Shown: positions 23,810-36,944, counted from the first letter of the stretch. The stretch is DNA of 64,000 bases from Callorhinchus milii (GCF_018977255.1 NW_024704743.1:47556001-47620000); one strand, 5' to 3'. Numbers and translations: made by a program. The notes: generated from the letters alone by a model not told the origin.

Positions 23810-26165
23810 GAGTCAGTGCGGAGGGGGGGGAGTGCTGCTTTGGGGGGGGGGGGGAGTGCTGCTCGGGGAGTGCTGCTGGAGTGGGGGGGGGGAGTGAGTG
23901 AAAGCTGCTCAGGGGGGGGGGAGCGAGTGAGAGCTGCTCGGGGGTGGGGGGGGTGAGTGAGAGCTGCTCTGGGGGGTGAGTGAGAGCTGCTCAGGGGAGT
24001 GAGTGAGAGCTGCTCAGGGGGTGGGGGGGGGGGGGTGAGTGAGAGCTGCTCAGGGGAGTGAGTGAGAGCTGCTCAGGGGCGGGGGGGTGAGTGAGAGCTG
24101 CTCAGGGGAGTGAGTGAGAGCTGCTCAGGGGCGGGGGGGTGAGTGAGAGCTGCTCAGGGGAGTGAGTGAGAGCTGCTCAGGGGCGGGGGGGCGAGTGAGA
24201 GCTGCTCGGGGGGGGGCGAGTGAGAGCTGCTCGGGGGGGCGAGTGAGAGCTGCTCGGGGGGGGGGCGAGTGAGAGCTGCTCGGGGGGGGCGAGTGAGAGC
24301 TGCTCGGGGGGGGGCGAGTGAGAGCTGCTCGGGGGGGGGGCGAGTGAGAGCTGCTCGGGGGGGGGGGCGAGTGAGAGCTGCTCGGGGGGGGGGGGCGAGT
24401 GAGAGCTGCTCGGGGGGGGGGGGCGAGTGAGAGCTGCTCGGGGGGGGGGCGAGTGAGAGCTGCTCGGGGGGGGGGCGAGTGAGAGCTGCTCGGGGGGGGG
24501 GCGAGTGAGAGCTGCTCGGGGGGGGGGCGAGTGAGAGCTGCTCAGGGGCGGGGGCGAGTGAGAGCTGCTCGGGGGGGGGGGCGAGTGAGAGCTGCTCGGG
24601 GGGGGGGGGGTGAGTGAGAGCTGCTCAGGGGAGTGAGTGAGAGCTGCTCAGGGGGGGGGGGCGAGTGAGAGCTGCTCAGGGGCGGGGGGGCGAGTGAGAG
24701 CTGCTCGGGGGGGGGGGGCGAGTGAGAGCTGCTCGGGGGTGGGGGGGGGTGAGTGAGAGCTGCTCAGGGGAGTGAGTGAGAGCTGCTCAGGGGCGGGGGG
24801 CGAGTGAGAGCTGCTCGGGGGGGGCGAGTGAGAGCTGCTGGGGGGGGCGAGTGAGAGCTGCTCGGGGGGGGCGAGTGAGAGCTGCTCGGGGGGGGGCGAG
24901 TGAGAGCTGCTCGGGGGAGGGGGCGAGTGAGAGCTGCTCGGGGGGGGGGGGCGAGTGAGAGCTGCCCGGGGGGGGGTGAGTGAGAGCTGCTCGGGAGCGA
25001 GTGAGAGCTGCTCGGGAGCGAGTGAGAGCTGCTCGGGGGGGGGGGGCGAGTGAGAGCTCGGGGGGGGGCGAGTGAGAGCCGCTCAGGGGAGCGAGTGAGA
25101 GCTGCTCAGAGTGGGGGGGGGGGTTGAGTGAGAGCTGCTCAGGGGAGTGAGTGAGAGCTGATCGGGGGGGGGGAGTGAGAGCTGCTCGGGGGGGGGGTTG
25201 AGTGAGAGCTGCTCAGGGAGCGAGTGAGAGCTGCTCGGGAGCGAGTGAGAGCTGCTCGGGAGCGAGTGAGAGCTGCTCAGGGGGAGCGAGTGAGAGCTGC
25301 TCAGGGGAGTGAGTGAGAGCTGCTCAGGGGAGTGAGTGAGAGCTGCTCAGGGGGAGCGAGTGAGAGCTGCTCTGGGGAGTGAGTGAGAGCTGCCCGGGGG
25401 GGGGAGTGAGAGCTGCTCGGGGGGGTGAGTGAGAGCTGCTCAGGGCGGGTGAGTGAGAGCTGCTCAGGGCGGGTGAGTGAGAGCTGCTCAGGGGGGGGGT
25501 GAGTGAGAGCTGCTCTGGGGGGTGAGTGAGAGCTGCTCTGGGGGGTGAGTGAGAGCTGCTCAGTGGGGGGGTGCGAGTGAGAGCTGCTCAGTGGGGGGGT
25601 GCGAGTGAGAGCTGCTCAGTGGGGGGGGAGTGAGAGCTGCTCAGTGGGGGGGTGCGAGTGAGAGCTGCTCAGGGGGGGCGAGTGAGAGCTGCTCAGTGGG
25701 GGGGTGCGAGTGAGAGCTGCTCGGGGGGGTGTGCGAGTGAGAGCTGCTCGGGGGGGGGGAGTGAGAGCTGCTCGGGGGGGGGGGAGTGAGAGCTGCTCGG
25801 GGGGGGGGGGGGGGGGGCGAGTGAGAGCTGCTCCAGGGGGGAATGAGAGCTGCTCGGTGTGGGTGGTGGTGAGAGCTGTCTGGGGGGGGGTGAGTCAGAG
25901 CTGTCTGGGGGGTGAGAGCTGCCTGGGGGCAGTGAGAGCTCTGTGGGGGTGGGGGCGGGGGGTTGTGGTGAAAGCTGTCCGGGGTGTGAGGTGAGTGAGA
26001 GTTGTCCGTGGGGGGCGGGAAAGGAGTGAGAGCTGTCCGTGGGGGGCGGAAAGGGAGTGAGAACTGCCCGGGGTGGGGGTTAGTGAGAGCTCCCGGGGGC
26101 GTGGGAGGGTGGGGAGTGAGAGCTGTCTGGGGATGGGAGAAGGGGGAGTGACAGCTGTGTGGCGG
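23810..26165 (+). repeat. G-rich minisatellite, unit GAGTGAGAGCTGCTC(A)-G(n)-C/T, about 20-33 bp
   Basis: Roughly 80 tandem units with a constant 15-bp core and variable G run; degenerate at both ends. Confidence 0.97.
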
Positions 26166-26411
26166 TTTGGAGAAGTGAGAGTGGAGTGATGGAATATGTG
26201 AGCGGAGTGGCACAGGGGCAGGTGTGAGAATCAAGTCACATGAGAGACAAGTGACAATTTAGGAATCAGTACCTGAAAATTAGTCGTGATCAGGTTAAGA
26301 AAACATTGTTGTGCAGTTTGCACTGATAATAGTGACCCTCACAAGTTCCCTGATGAGTATTTGTAAGAATAATTTTATTACATTGAATGAAGATAATAGA
26401 GGTGCTGTAAG

Positions 26412-26668
26412 AATAAATAATAATAATAATCCTTGCATTTGATATAGCGCTTTTCACGTCGGGAGGACGTCCCAAAGCGCTTCACAGAACACACTGTAAA
26501 GTGAATTGACTGTATATTTGTGGGCGAACGCAGCAGCCAATTGCGCACAGCAATGCCCCACAAACAGCCGTGGATTGAAAATGACCAATTTATTATTGTT
26601 TTTTGTTTTGGAGGGATTATTATTAGGCGTGTGGAGTAAGGAAACTTGCCCAAGGTTTCGCCCTGCCT
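26412..26668 (-). mobile_element. Young SINE (short variant), 5'-truncated
   Basis: Close match to 1726-1972; CpGs retained. Confidence 0.85.
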
Positions 26669-26872
26669 GGAAATGGTGATAACTTGTTCTGTATAATGCA
26701 GAAGTACAAATAATTTAGAAAATATGAAATGTACTCAACAACAGTATATGAAAGGAAATGTTTGATATATTACAGTAAGTAATATGTACATACCCATCTC
26801 ATTGTTATTTACATCAGAACGGTTTGTAACTTGTGCACACATTTCCAAATACAGTACAACTTTTATCTCGTT

Positions 26873-26989
26873 TGACTATTCCAGTTCATTTTCTAGATGT
26901 AACTGTTTAAAATGAACTGGAATAGTCATACAAAATAAAATATATATTGTATGATTATTCCACATCTTGTATGACTATTCCAGTTCATT
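26873..26989. repeat. Triple inverted repeat (forward-reverse-forward)
   Basis: 26873-26892 is the exact reverse complement of 26909-26928, and 26911-26933 is the exact reverse complement of 26967-26989. Confidence 0.9.
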
Positions 26990-28394
26990 ATGTATCTGAG
27001 CAATGTGCTGCATTCATTATATAACTTACTTGGGGTTAAAGAATTTGAATTTAAGAGTCATCAATGAAAGGGGAATGATAAATAATACGTAGGTGTGAAT
27101 AAGTTGTGACAACCTCAATTACAAGAGGTGCCAACCACTGTCGGGTGATTGTTTTCTGGTGCTTGAATGTTTCAGCGTGATTGCAAGAGGCAACTATTTA
27201 GTGTATACAAGATCATTATAATATATTCAAGTCATGATATTCAGCTGTAACATGCAGTGAAATAAATCAGGAAGCACAGTACCACTTCTGTTAAATTTTG
27301 TTATTTAACATTGGGAAGTCACTTTTAGTCTGTTTCTCCCCCTCTACCTACTGGCAACTGTAGAGGTGGAGACTGAATATGAAGATAAATTGTTATGTTT
27401 ATGTGTATTGTACAGAAACAATACACATGTTGCAGTGTGTTACAAGTTTGTAAAACATCTCAGGATATTGTTGATAAACTACTTCAGGCTTGTCCTTTCT
27501 GTGATGCTGTTTTACAATGCAGTTGAGCTTGTATCTTGTTCGATGTTTAATATATTTCAGGGCATGCCTTGTCAAATGCAGTGGAATAAAATCCAATATA
27601 CTTGCAGTTCAAATCGAGTGATCACAATAGCACTCTGTGGAAATTGCATGATTGAATTGTGGGAGTACGGAGTATAGCTCCGGAGCCTTCAGGCAGTGAA
27701 ACAAAAGTGTGTGAAAAAGAATAAAACCATGCTCCCACAAACTCATTTTGCATGTATTGTACAAGATAATACAAGCTAGAGTGCATTTCAAAGATACAGT
27801 AATCCATCTTGGGTTTCAAATGAAAGATCAATCACTGTTTCACTGTTAGTTTATGATGTCATCTAAAGCCCTGAGTGTTATTCCATGTAACTGGTGCAGC
27901 AGGAAGGTCTTCTTGTGAGTATTAAGTTGCACTGGCAGAGAAGGAGAATAATTTAAATTGGTGATTCTGAATGTGGGTAAATTTTAAGGCTACTGGTAAG
28001 GAATGGACGTACCTTGCCACTATTGATTTATGTACTGTTGAAACATAGAAATACGCAAACGGTATGGTAGAAAGCCCTTTAAACTGTTTGATTTTATCCT
28101 TCCACTATTCCAGCTTTTCCATCACCCCAGCCCTTTTCATTACAGCAACAAACTATTTCTTAAGTGCAGTATTCTGGCCATATCCACCTTTACTAGTTCC
28201 CAGGTCCAGCTGTTAATTTCCCTTTTTTCCCAACCAATGTTAGGTTTTGCATTTGCTAATCAAGCACACTCCTTCCATCCACCATGAAATATATGGTCAA
28301 CTTTATCCTATATTGAGCAGATCATATAAACCATTTAGCTCCCTCATATGCCAAACCTCATCATGACTCCTGAACATAACAATTGGGTCCATCA

Positions 28395-29548
28395 AAACAA
28401 CAAATTGCCTAATATAGCACCTTTCATGTCAAGGCGTTGGACAGTCAAGGGTTTGCACTGAACTGGGGTCGGAACCAAGAGGGGTGGGGGCTAAGGGGAT
28501 GACTGACGGCATGGGGACAGATGAAGATCTTGAGACGTGCCTTAAGGAGGCAAGGGATAAAGCAAGGCAAAGGGATTCTTGCATGACATTCCAGAGGGTG
28601 GAGGTAGAAAGGCTGAAGACCCGACCGCTGATAGCGGGCAGGGCTGGGACATAGAGCAGGGAGTGGGAAGGTTGGTAGGATGTTAATAGATTACAGAGGT
28701 AGGGAGGAACAAGACCATGGAGGGTATTGAAAGTGAGGATTAGCATCTTAAGCCTGATTCTCTGGGGGATGGAGATCCAGTGAAGCTGAGTGAGGATAAT
28801 AATAATAATAACAATCCTTGCATTTGATATAGCACCTTATTACCTCATTGAGACATCTCAAAGTGCTTCACAGAATATTCTATAAAATGGATTGATTCTA
28901 TATTTTGTGGGTGAAACACGGCAGCCAATTGCGTACAGCAGTGTCCCACAAACAGTCTTGGATTGAGTGTGATAGGCTCACAGAGCTTGGTGTGTAAGTG
29001 GACATGAGCTGCAGAGTTCTGAATAATCTGTGCCTGTGGAGGGAAGAGTTGGGAAGTCCAGCAAGTTAGAATAGTCAAGCCTGGGCATGATGAAAGCATG
29101 GATGAGGGTCTCAGTGACCTGAGGGAGAGGTAGGGGTGGAATGGGGCGATGTTGTAGAGATGGGGAAAGTCTGAATGGCTCATGGTGTGGATGTGGGATT
29201 TAAAAGTAATTGAGGGTTGAATAAGACGCTGTGGTTACATACTGGTTTGTCAAGGTGTGTAATGAAAAGTGATACTGTCAGCGCCTGAGGTGTGGAGGCG
29301 TTGACAGGAGCCAAGCAGGAGAGCCTTCGTCTTGTCGACATTCAATTGGAGAAAGTTAGCTCTCATCCAGGACTTGATGCTTGACAGACAATCCAGCAGG
29401 GTATCAGTGGTCAAGGAGTCGTGGGTGGAGGCAGAGAGATAGAGTTGGGTGTCATCCTCATTAATATGGAAGTTAATCCCCATTCCTTTGGATGATATCA
29501 CAGAGCGGGAGCATGTAGATATTCAAGAGGAGAGGGCCAAGGGCAGAG
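28395..29548 (-). mobile_element. Decayed L2 with a nested SINE tail (about 28796-28965)
   Basis: Minus-strand [35 protein letters not shown], and IIQNSAAHV. Confidence 0.85.
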
Positions 29549-30101
29549 ACCTGAGTAAACGTGCCTATCATTCACGCTAGCAATTTTCTTCATTACATGT
29601 TCATAAAAGGAGATCTCCAGAGAAAAGCACATGTCAAAATGTGATAGAATAAATTCTAATTCAGTGGTATTGCCAGGCATGAATAGCAACAGTCTTGGGC
29701 ATGAGTTGCTTCTGTCCCTTTGGTGTTGATGTCTGTCTGGATGATTATTTGTATTTCACATTTTGGATATTAATAGTCCTGAGGAACACTGCACATGACT
29801 AAGCGGAGGAAGGAGAAGATGCTGTTAAAGTGAAGACAGCTAGGAATGAAAGCAGGAATGTACAGAGTCATAGAGATGTATCAGGGACTAGAGACAATGG
29901 AGACGGATGGAATGATCAACAGCATCAAAGGTGGCAGAGGCATTGAAGAGGACAGGGAGCTCTGGTTGCAGTCAGAGAGGATGTATAATTGTTGGCAAAA
30001 CACGGCAGCCAATTGCACAAGGCAATAGAGATGAAATAGAAGATAAAACTACCTTTGCCAAAAAATGCTAAGGGTAGAAGCAATGGGATAGTGGATTTAC
30101 T

Positions 30102-31395
30102 ACAACAACAACTTGCATTTGTATAGCACCCTTCATGCGGGGTAGCCATTTACCCGCCCTATCCCCATAACCCTTAATCCCTCTATCTTTTAGAAATCTA
30201 TCACCCTAAGTCTTGAATATATTCAAGGACTGAGCATCCACAGCTTTCTGGGGTAGAGAATTCGCCCACAAATATACGGTCAATACACTTTACAGCATGT
30301 TCTGTAAAGTGCTTTGAGACGTCTGGAAGACCTGAAAAGCGCTATATCAAATGCAAGTATTATAATTATAGTGTCCTGGAGCACTGGACAGTAGCGGAGT
30401 CTCACCCTGAGCCAGGGGGAGAGGGATAAGACCATAAGACGTAGGAACAGGAGTAGGCCATTCGGCCCCTCGAGCCTGCCCTGCCATTTAATAAGATCAT
30501 GGCTGATCTTCTAATCTAATTCCATTTACCCGCCCTATCCCCATAACCCTTAATCCCTCTATCCTTTAAAAATCTATCAACCTCAGTTTTGAATATGTTC
30601 AAGGACTGAGCATCCACAGCTTGGGGTAGAGAATCCCATAAATTCACTACCCTCTGAGTGAAGAAATGTTTCCTCAACTCAGTTCAGAAAGGCTGACTTT
30701 TAATCTTGAGACTATGAACCCTAGTTATAGATTCTCCAACCAGGGGAAACAGTCTCATGTCATCTACCCTGTCAAGATCCTTAAGAATCTTATGGGTTTC
30801 TATAAGATCATCTCTAATTCTTCTACATTCTTGAGAATATAGGCCTAGTTTACTCAACCTATCCTCATAGGTCAACCCCCTCATCCCAGGAACCAACCTA
30901 GTGAATCTATGCTGCACCCCCTCTAAGGCGAGTATGTCCTTTCTTAAATAAGGAGACCAAAACTGCACACAATATTCCAGGTGCGATCGCACCAAGGCCC
31001 TGTGTCTAATACTGCAGCAAGTCTTCCCTATTCTTGTACTGTAATCCTTTTGCAACGATGGGGGGAACCGACTATAAACACAATCAAAAAGGAATGTCTT
31101 TAGGCAAGATTTGAAAGTGGAGGGGGCAAGGCAGAGGGATTGAGGGAGAGAGTTCCAGAGTTTGGGGCATAGTGGCTGAAGGCATGGCCAATGATGGTGG
31201 AGCAGAGGGGGCAAGCGACAAAGCCAGCCAAGCAGAGACAGTGGGTGGTGGAGTGGGGGTAAGCAGCTCGGATAGGTAGGGAAGTGTAAGGGAATGAAAG
31301 GATTTGAAAACGAGGGATACGATCTAGTAATCGATCCATTAGGTAATTGGGAGCCAGTGGAGCCTGGCAAGTACTGGTGTGATGGGGGAGGACTG
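30102..31395 (-). mobile_element. L2 3' fragment split by two insertions
   Basis: Pieces at 30102-30146, 30371-30425 and 31055-31395 are collinear with the L2 end at 21440-21870. Confidence 0.7.
30427..31045 (-). mobile_element. CR1 LINE 3' fragment
   Basis: Minus-strand ALVRSHLEYCVQFWSPYLRKDILALEGVQHRFTRLVPGMRGLTYEDRL, with CR1 3' end ..gggccgaatggcctactcctgttcct. Confidence 0.92.
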
Positions 31396-31504
31396 GTGTG
31401 ATGGGATTACAACAACAACAAAATTACATTTGTACAGCACCTTTCATGTCGGGAGGATGTCCCAAGGCGCTGGACAGACAGAGTTTCGGACCGGAGCTGG
31501 GGGT

Positions 31505-31872
31505 AACCCACTGAATTATCACTACATTTACAGGCCACAAACTTGCTGATTTGAATCTTGGTACAAGCTGAGTTTGAGTTTGCTGATCTCAGTTGGAGCT
31601 GTTTGGCTAAATGGGCTCTGGCTTTCCCCGGATTTTATGGAGTGAAAATCAGCTGGATTTACTGAATCTTGGTCCCTCTTCAGCACCCTCTATGGGTCGT
31701 GAAGAGTTAGGATTGTTGGTGACGCCCTCTGCAGTTGAGTGATCTACTGACACTCACTGCCAAGACTGGCACATTAACAATGGCCAATGGGGCGATGTAC
31801 TGGAGGGCCACAAGTGCCCATGGAACGGCACCCCATCGTGAGGAGAGCGAGGATCAGATAGGAGAGCAGAGG
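31505..31872 (+). mobile_element. LF-SINE-like element
   Basis: gagtttgctgatctcag..aaaatcagc..ctgacactcactgccaagact..aatggcca..gtactggagggc..gcccatggaac. Confidence 0.65.
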
Positions 31873-31944
31873 CACTTTGCCAATGGGGAGAAATTTAGAA
31901 ACACCAAATTTAATTTAAAAACACAGTAACAGGTGGGTCTGCAG

Positions 31945-32415
31945 TATTTCAGGACGCTGATGATGATAGCCCAGCCTGCCTCTGGCTCATCAGCAGGACT
32001 TGGAAAGACAGACCAGCGACTGGGGGTTGGGACTCTTCCCACTCAGTTTCTGTTAACTCGACAAGCCAAAGCCCTAACAGGTAGGGTGCTCCTAGTTGGA
32101 CAAGCAGCTGGAAAGCTTGCCAGACAGTGCTTTCAATAGCAAGCTATGCAGTTTACAGCTGGTTAACTCCAGCAGTAACCCAACACTCTGGGGTCTCCAA
32201 GCCTTGGCTCTTGTTAACCTGTGTCTAATACTCTACCAAATTAGGTAAGTAGGATGTGTTCCCTTCCAGGGAGAGAATGCATATTCCATTCGAATAAATA
32301 TCTCTAGAATTTCCATGTATAAGTGGAATCCATGAACTATCAGCCTGGTTTGGATACTTTTAAGCACAATGATGGGTTTCCGCATGTGTCAGACACCCGG
32401 CTGATCAAAAATAAA
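31945..32415 (+). repeat. Unclassified ~0.8 kb repeat, 3' portion
   Basis: Ends gatgggtttccgcatgtgtcagacacccggctgatcaaaaataaa, as does the copy ending near 11045. Confidence 0.7.
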
Positions 32416-32416
32416 G

Positions 32417-32882
32417 GGTCAGCTTGGCTCAGTTGATCGTACTCTCACCTCTGAGTCAGAAGATTCTGGGTTCATGTCAGGTCTTGGAATTCATATAGTC
32501 TAAGCTCACATTCCAATGTAATGGGGGGAGGAGGTGCGGGAGGTTGGGGGCTACTGCGTTGTTGAAGGTGTCATCCTTCGGCTGAGACGTTAAACCGAGG
32601 CCCTGTCTGCCTATTTAGGTGAATATTAAAGATCCAAGTAGCACTATTTGAAAAGAGAAGGGGGTTTCTCCTAGCGAACAATCTCCCAAATAATATTGTT
32701 CATCAACTTCATGACTGTTTGGGGGACATTGTTGAATGCAAAATTGGCTGCTTTATTTCCTCACAATACAAAAACATTCACTGTACTTTCACTTCACTTT
32801 AAAAAGTATATCTTATGAAATGCTTTGGGATATCCTCCTGATGTAAAAAGGCACTCGACCAAATGTAAGGATCATTATTATA
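32417..32882 (+). mobile_element. Deu-domain SINE
   Basis: gtcagcttggctcagttg head, gagacgttaaaccgaggccctgtctgcc core, and L2-type tail. Confidence 0.8.
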
Positions 32883-34934
32883 TATGGCATTCTGTCTCGT
32901 TTGGATACTCTTAAGTATGGTGAGCATTCATTAGATTCCAGGCTGGCACAATTTATTTTGTCAAATCTGCTTTGCTCTATGAATGAAATGATTTTTACAA
33001 CACAATCATGATATCGTAGAGCTATTTCATATAACCATGACATATCCAATGTACAATACTGTAATGCAGTAGTAGTGTTTTGAGACTTTGGCGTTTATGA
33101 ATAGTTAGTCTCCTTTGCATGCATATTGTTTTAGCAAATTGGAACAAAATCAACCATTATTTACAGAGAATGTTCTTGGTGACAGAAGTACAATAATCAA
33201 TATCTAATTAGGGTAGTTGGCCTTTAAATAATTGGTTCATCAGTTGCCTATATATAAAAGTCCATCAGCGTTGACATTTAGTGTCTGTATTGGTTGCTGC
33301 TTCTAGTGTAGATCCAAAATACATAAAAAATCTCCACATAAAATTGTGTGTGTGAACGAGCGTGTTTTTAAATAAAAACTAGCAAGAAGTAAAGGATTGT
33401 ATGTAGGGTTTGCCACTCCCATCCAGTGCTGTGCCGATCAAAAGCAAACAAGAGCGAGTGAAGATGTTCCAAACTTTTATTTTTATGCTTTTAAGGCAAA
33501 TTTCCTTTATTTCCCCCCTCCCTCCACGCACACCCATTCCTCGCTCCTTCCTCTCCCCTCCACATAACAATTGTGACACAGACCTGTTGGGTATCAGTGC
33601 CACTCAAGCCAAAGTGAAGCATTGAAAGTTGAATTCTCTTCAAATGGAGTCCTGTAGCGTATTGGTAATAATCCCTTAAAAAAANCTCATAATTAGATCA
33701 ATCCATGACTGTTTGTGGGACACTGCTGTGTGCAATTGCCTGTCGTGTTTCGGCCTCAAAATATATTCTGTCAAGCGCTTTGAGGCGTCTCAATGACTCA
33801 ATGATTACAACATTCTCACCGGATGAGGGGGAAAAAAGGAAGTCAAATAACATGAAGCAGGACAATGATATTTGAATGCTTTGAAACTCATTTGAACCCC
33901 AGGTTGAGATTTCAGCCTTGAAATCACTTCAATGTATCTATTTTTCTACATCTGTGCACTGGAGGACAAGATTTATGACAGGAAGCATTGATTTGAATAC
34001 CCCATATCTGAACTGATAGTTTAGTTTCTAGAATATAAGAATGTGCAGGATCAGAAAAGACCCATGGCTTCAAATGCTTGGTGAATAGTTACCAGCTTAA
34101 ATATGTAAAGTACAGTCAAGTTATTTTGGCAAGTGTAACTTCTTTACTTTTATTACAGTAAACCTCACAATAATCAGTGTTTTCATACAAATATCTAAAC
34201 AGATATTTAATTTTGTGCTGAAGTAGTACAGCACAACACACCTTATCATTGATCCATAAGTTTCATTTATTTGACTTGGATATTTCCTGACCTGTTTGGA
34301 TAAATGTTTTTCCACCAAAAGGATTATGTTTTTGCCAGCAGCAGCAGTTATTGCTGGCTGAAAGTAGCTATTGTGCTTCATGTTGATTCATGATGTGTGT
34401 ACTGAATAATTAATGATTACTTCACATTGGTTGTTAATTCACTGAATGATAATCAACAGTTAATTATTAGGAAATTGACTTTTTGTAAACAACTGATACC
34501 TGGGCAAGATATCAATATTGTAATCTAATCTTCTATATTGATGTGGGGTAAGGATAGGTAAGTAAGGTCCACTTGAAGCTGAATTGGATCCAACTGATGT
34601 ACTTAGCTATGAAGTGTTTGAATTGAGTCAATCTTCTGTGGCAGTCTCCGTAGACCAGTTCCTGAGCCAGGTAGGTCCACAGTTCTCCAGGGCACTAAAA
34701 TTATGATGTTGGTTAGTGTAGAATGGTGACATCTGCTGGTAAAACAGCATGCTGAATTTGTCCCATATATTCGTAAAGGAAATTTGGATGAAGAAGGCAC
34801 TTTGGCCAATTTTCAGTCAAACTAGTCAATCCTTATGGGCTTCCAATTAAAGCATCAAACCTTAAGAGGATCATCTTAACGTTTTAGATTGTGCACAAGT
34901 CCGAAAAGTATCTTAAATTCAGAATTTATTTGAT

Positions 34935-35295
34935 TAGTTTTGGTCAGCTGAGTGTCTTAACAAATGAGGAAACCCATCACCATGGGTGATTAAGAGTATC
35001 CAAACCAGATTGAAAGTTCCACATATGTATGCATCCTATGCATAAATGTGTATGGAATGGAATGAGCACTCTCTTTCTGGAGGGATGTATCTTGTTTACC
35101 TAATGTTGTAGAGTATTTGGTGCAGGCTGGCAAGATCCAAGGCCTGGGAATCACAGAGTGTATGTTGTTGTATTGTTGGAGTTCAACCAGCTAAAACTAT
35201 GAAGATTCCCACTGCTCACCCAGCTCGGCCCACCATACACGTTAGGGTTTGGGCCTACCGGGCAATCAGGAGCTGAGAAAAATCCCTGGTCCCAA
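34935..35295 (-). repeat. Unclassified ~0.8 kb repeat, partial
   Basis: ggaaacccatcac..agagtatccaaaccag..ctctttctggagggatg, as at 20835. Confidence 0.6.
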
Positions 35296-35829
35296 TTTAT
35301 TTGAAAACAGAGTTTCTACAGCGCCCCAAAATAACTGCTAAACTTTAATTTAGGGCTAAGACCATGTAACATTATGTGTCGCAAGTTGTTCCTTAAATGA
35401 ATCCAGTGTCCTAGTCTCAATGCAATTTGTATTCTTGTACTTTTAAAATAAGTCTGAATAATGAAAAACCCTTTTTAAGGTTTTAAAATGCATAAATGGG
35501 CTCTCACTAAATGTCTGAAAGGTGACTTAAGTGGTGGTGTGGGTTAAAATACTGCATTTTGCCTTCTGATCCAGATTAATTAGGTGAATGTATTATATTG
35601 TAAGCTAAACTATGAAGGTATTTGAGGGAGTCTGAATTTAAGTTCTGTGAACAGGAAATGATAGCACATAATTGTCATCCTTATTTTACAGTGAATACAT
35701 GAATATGATCTACTAAATAAAAATATTCTAATAGTGTAGGAGATGGTTGGGATGGGGAGAAATCCTGAGTGACTTAAAATACAGTACAGTCTTGTATAAT
35801 ATTGGACATGTATAATTCGGCTAATGATA

Positions 35830-36750
35830 TCATAGAATTATACAGCACAGAAGGAGGCCATTCGGCCCATCATGTCTGTGCAGGCTCTTTGAAGAGCTAT
35901 CCAAATCAATCCCACTCCCCTGCTCTCTCCCCATAGCCATGCAAACCTGTCCTCTCCAAATAATTATCTACTCTCTTAAAAGTTGTGATCGAGTTGGCTT
36001 CCACCACTCTTTCAGGCAATGCATTTCAGATCCGAACAACACGCTGTGTGAAAAAAATTCTCCTCACCTTCCCTCTGTTTCTTCTAACAATTATTTTAAA
36101 CCGGTGTCCTCAGGTTACCGATCCACCCACCAGTGGAAATAGTTTCTTCTTGTTCATCCTATCGAATCCCCTCATAATTTTGAAAATTTCTACTAGGTCT
36201 CCTCTTAACCTTCACTGCTCCAAGGAGAATAATCCTAGCTTCTCCAGCCTCTCCTGATAACTGAAGTCCCTCATTCCTGGTAAATCTCCTTTGTACCCTC
36301 TCCAATGCCTTTACATCCTTTCTAAAGTGTGGTGCCCAGAACTGAACACAGTACTCTCGCTGAGGCCTAACCAGTGTTTTATAAAGATTCATCATAACTT
36401 CCTGACTTTTGTATTCTATACCCCTATTTATAAAGACTTGTATGCTTTTTTAACGGTTTTATCTACCTGTCCTGCCACCTTCAAAGATTTACTCCTATGA
36501 ACGCCCAGGTCTCTCTGTTCCTTCACCCCCTTTAAGATTATACCATCAGTTTATATTGCCTTTCCTCATTCTTCCTCCCAAAATGCATCACTTTGCATTT
36601 CTCCACATTAAACTTCATCTGCCACATGTCTACCCATTTTACCGATCTGTCCGTGTCCTCTTGCAGTCTGCTACTTTTCCTAGCAGAGTATCATCTGCAA
36701 ACTTGGAAATTGTACTCCCTTTATTCCAAGTCCAGGTCACTTATATAGAT
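35830..36750 (-). mobile_element. CR1 LINE 3' fragment
   Basis: Minus-strand LYKTLVRPQREYCVQFWAPHFRKDVKALERVQRRFTR, with CR1 3' end. Confidence 0.92.
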
Positions 36751-36944
36751 CAAAATTGCAATATTGCAAGTTTTCTTTGAAATTGTCAATGATGTATATC
36801 AAATACACTTTTCAACTGTATTGTTTCACCATTTAGCCCTGCACAAATGTACTGTACAATACACTCACAGTGGCCCTGCATAGTGCTAATGTACAATACA
36901 CTTAAATTATATTTATATGCGAATTCTATAATGCAGTACATATA

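Noticed and set aside
23890..25860. CRISPR-like look (constant repeat with variable spacers)
   Set aside because: The spacers are only G homopolymers, the core is 15 bp, there are no cas genes and the context is vertebrate; it is a minisatellite.
25641..26234. Pro/Ser-rich 197-aa ORF
   Set aside because: It is a translation of the minisatellite.
30684..31370. 228-aa ORF as a novel gene
   Set aside because: It is a chance fusion of an off-frame L2 fragment and CR1 ORF2 across an insertion junction.
33685..33685. Single N base; also long poly-C runs near 6548 and 15740
   Set aside because: Assembly ambiguity or simple homopolymers with no biological inference.
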